A DNA stretch of 25,965 nt from Pseudomonadota bacterium (GTDB taxonomy: Bacteria; Pseudomonadota; Gammaproteobacteria; Xanthomonadales; SZUA-38), in assembly GCA_039188505.1 (NCBI GenBank), contig JBCCZC010000021.1, forward strand, positions 1 to 25,965, written 5' to 3'. Made by a program: the position numbers and the translations under genes. Shown one piece after another: positions 24,274 to 25,965 of the stretch (position 1 is its first letter; every line of letters begins with the position of its first letter). The notes beneath the pieces are model-generated. The model searched no databases and was not told the origin of the DNA. It saw only the letters and a list, made by a program, of their open reading frames with translations.

Positions 24274-25035
24274 CTATTCCGAGTTCTGACTGCTGGGCCG
24301 CCGCCCCGCGTCAGGAAACAGCCGCTTCAGGCGGTCTTCGTATTGCTGGATCCCTTCCTGATTGTCGAGCGCCCGCTCGATCTCGATGCCCAGCTCGAGC
24401 GATTCCGGCAGTGGCGCTGCCGCCGATTCGTAGCGCTGCAGAAACGCACGCGCCCGAAAGGCATCGCCCTTTGCCAGGAGCAGCCGCGCCATCAGGAACA
24501 GCGCGTCGCCGAAGGCCGGATCGACCTCGAGCGACTGCCGGTAGAACAGCTCGGCCTGTTCGACGTCACCGTCGCCTTCCCAGCAGACGCCCGCGTTCGT
24601 GAGGGCCGCGGCGGGGGTTGCGTAGAACGGATCCCGGACGGCCCGCACAAGGTGATCAACGCCTTCTTCGACCTCGCCCGCCTTGCACAGGAACACCCCG
24701 TAGTTATTGAGGGCCTGCCCGGACTCCCCGTCGAGCTGCACCGCCCGACGGTAGTGTTTGCGCGCTTCCGCTTCGTTGCCGATGCGCTCTTAGATGATGC
24801 CGGCAAGCGTGTGCGCTTCGGGCGAAGACGAGTCGAACTCGAGCGCACGCTGGACCTTCTCCAGCGCGACCTCCGTGTTGCCCTGGTTGAAATAGCCGGA
24901 AGCCAGGGAGACGTTGGTCCGCGCCGCGGCGGCTCGTCGTTCACCAGCCTCCTCGCGCGTTTCGTTAGCCCGCTGGCCCGAATTTGCACAGGCGGAGAGC
25001 AGAACGATCAGCAGCGCCGGCAGCAGTCGTCTCAC
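24274..25035 (-). pseudogene. pilW: type IV pilus biogenesis/stability lipoprotein PilW (PilF in P. aeruginosa), interrupted by an in-frame TAA
   Basis: GTG start at 25035 (SD GGGGAGG 7 nt upstream) overlaps the rlmN stop (GTGA). Lipoprotein signal [19 protein letters not shown] repeats follow. At 24790-24792 (minus strand) a TAA interrupts ...AHTLAGII*ERIGNEAEARKHYRRAVQLD..., and the same frame continues to 24274. The two pieces sum to about 253 aa, the normal PilW/PilF length. Confidence 0.7.
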
Positions 25036-25965
25036 GCCATCGCCTCCCCGCTCAAGGTTTCGATCCGCAACCGGTGCCGTTCCTGACGACGGGTACGATC
25101 CTGGACGCGCCCGACGAGCTGGCCGCACGCCGCGTCGATATCGTCCCCGCGGGTCTTGCGAACGGTCGCCACCAGCCGGGATGCCATGACGATCTCCTGG
25201 AATCGGCGGATGCGCTCCGGCGATGACCGCCGGTACTGGGTGCCCGGGAACGGGTTGAAAGGAATCAGGTTGAGCTTCGACGGCACGGTGTGAAGGAGCT
25301 TCACGAGCGCGCGCGCGTGCTCGGGCTCGTCGTTGACGCCGTCGATCAGCGTGTATTCGAAGGTGACCCGGTTTCGCGTGCCGCGCACGTAGCGCCGACA
25401 GGCCTCGAGCAGCTCCGCGATCGGATACTTCTTGTTCAGCGGCACGAGCTCGTTACGCAGTTCGTCGAACGGCGCGTGCAGAGACACGGCAAGGCTGACG
25501 TCGATCTCCTCGCGGAGCCGATCGATCATCGGCACGAGGCCCGCGGTGCTAAGCGTCACGCGCTTCCCGGCCAAACCGAAGGCAAAGTCGTCGCGCATGA
25601 GCGACATGGCCGAGATCACGTTGTCGAAGTTCATGAGCGGCTCTCCCATGCCCATCATGACAACGTTGGTGATCCGGCGGTTGTTCGGATCGTGCCCGAG
25701 CGCGCGAGCGGCGGCGTAGACCTGGCCGATGATCTCGGCCGTCGACAGGTTGCGATTGAAGCCCTGCGTCGCGGTCGAGCAGAAGGAACAGTTCAGAGCA
25801 CAGCCGACCTGCGAACTCACGCACAGGGTGCCGCGGTCCCCCTCGGGGATGAACACGGTCTCGACGGCATTCTTGCCGGCCAGCCGGATCAGCCACTTGC
25901 GCGTGCCGTCCTCGGAGCGCTGCTCGGTGATGACCTTGGGTGGCCGAATCTCGGCGACGTCGGCA
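25032..25965 (-). CDS. rlmN: 23S rRNA m2A2503 / tRNA m2A37 methyltransferase RlmN (radical SAM), N-terminus beyond window edge
   Basis: Frame open to the window edge (…[55 protein letters not shown]). CxxxCxxC radical-SAM motif and MGMGEPL are present. Stop at 25032-25034. Confidence 0.9.
   Translation of the reverse strand, partial: ADVAEIRPPKVITEQRSEDGTRKWLIRLAGKNAVETVFIPEGDRGTLCVSSQVGCALNCSFCSTATQGFNRNLSTAEIIGQVYAAARALGHDPNNRRITNVVMMGMGEPLMNFDNVISAMSLMRDDFAFGLAGKRVTLSTAGLVPMIDRLREEIDVSLAVSLHAPFDELRNELVPLNKKYPIAELLEACRRYVRGTRNRVTFEYTLIDGVNDEPEHARALVKLLHTVPSKLNLIPFNPFPGTQYRRSSPERIRRFQEIVMASRLVATVRKTRGDDIDAACGQLVGRVQDRTRRQERHRLRIETLSGEAMA

Noticed and set aside
1-25965. Scan for CRISPR arrays, tRNA/rRNA genes, integrase/transposase or phage-like genes
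   Set aside because: No regularly spaced direct repeats with unique spacers, no cloverleaf-compatible tRNA candidates in the intergenic regions, and no ORF with integrase/transposase/recombinase motifs. The only repeats are the two about 110-nt structured copies and the 8-mer tandem at 16658-16697.

Overview
High-GC (about 67%) gammaproteobacterial chromosomal segment; the conserved rlmN-pilW-rodZ-hisS-yfgM-bamB-der block suggests a Chromatiales/Ectothiorhodospiraceae-like organism (inference). I support about 27 protein-coding genes and no rRNA, tRNA, CRISPR or recognisable transposase. Conserved housekeeping genes: hslO, pyk, hisS, yfgM, bamB, der, rodZ, and a 5'-truncated rlmN at the right edge. 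Three accessory modules stand out. (1) 2458-6215: four translationally coupled, mutually distinct 2OG-Fe(II) oxygenase genes, two of them fused to Sel1/TPR repeat scaffolds, followed by a YihY/BrkB membrane protein gene. (2) 10343-15888: a tightly coupled operon of an SPFH+SHOCT protein, two Zn-ribbon/DUF4178 proteins, a 79-aa single-TM protein, a DUF350 protein and a polytopic-membrane spermidine-synthase-like aminopropyltransferase, preceded by a small RHH-like gene. This is a candidate uncharacterised membrane-stress/polyamine module. The conserved N-terminus of the aminopropyltransferase has no canonical start codon. (3) 15889-16815: a lower-GC islet holding one 80-aa ORF with a near-consensus promoter, flanked by two direct copies of a roughly 110-nt element whose internal hairpin is kept by compensatory changes. 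Other points: pilW carries an in-frame TAA; ispG is absent between rodZ and hisS; an HMG-CoA-synthase-family gene appears co-transcribed with pyk; and a 551-aa PilZ-domain protein has a large unassigned N-terminal region. Many long antisense ORFs in the six-frame track are GC artefacts.
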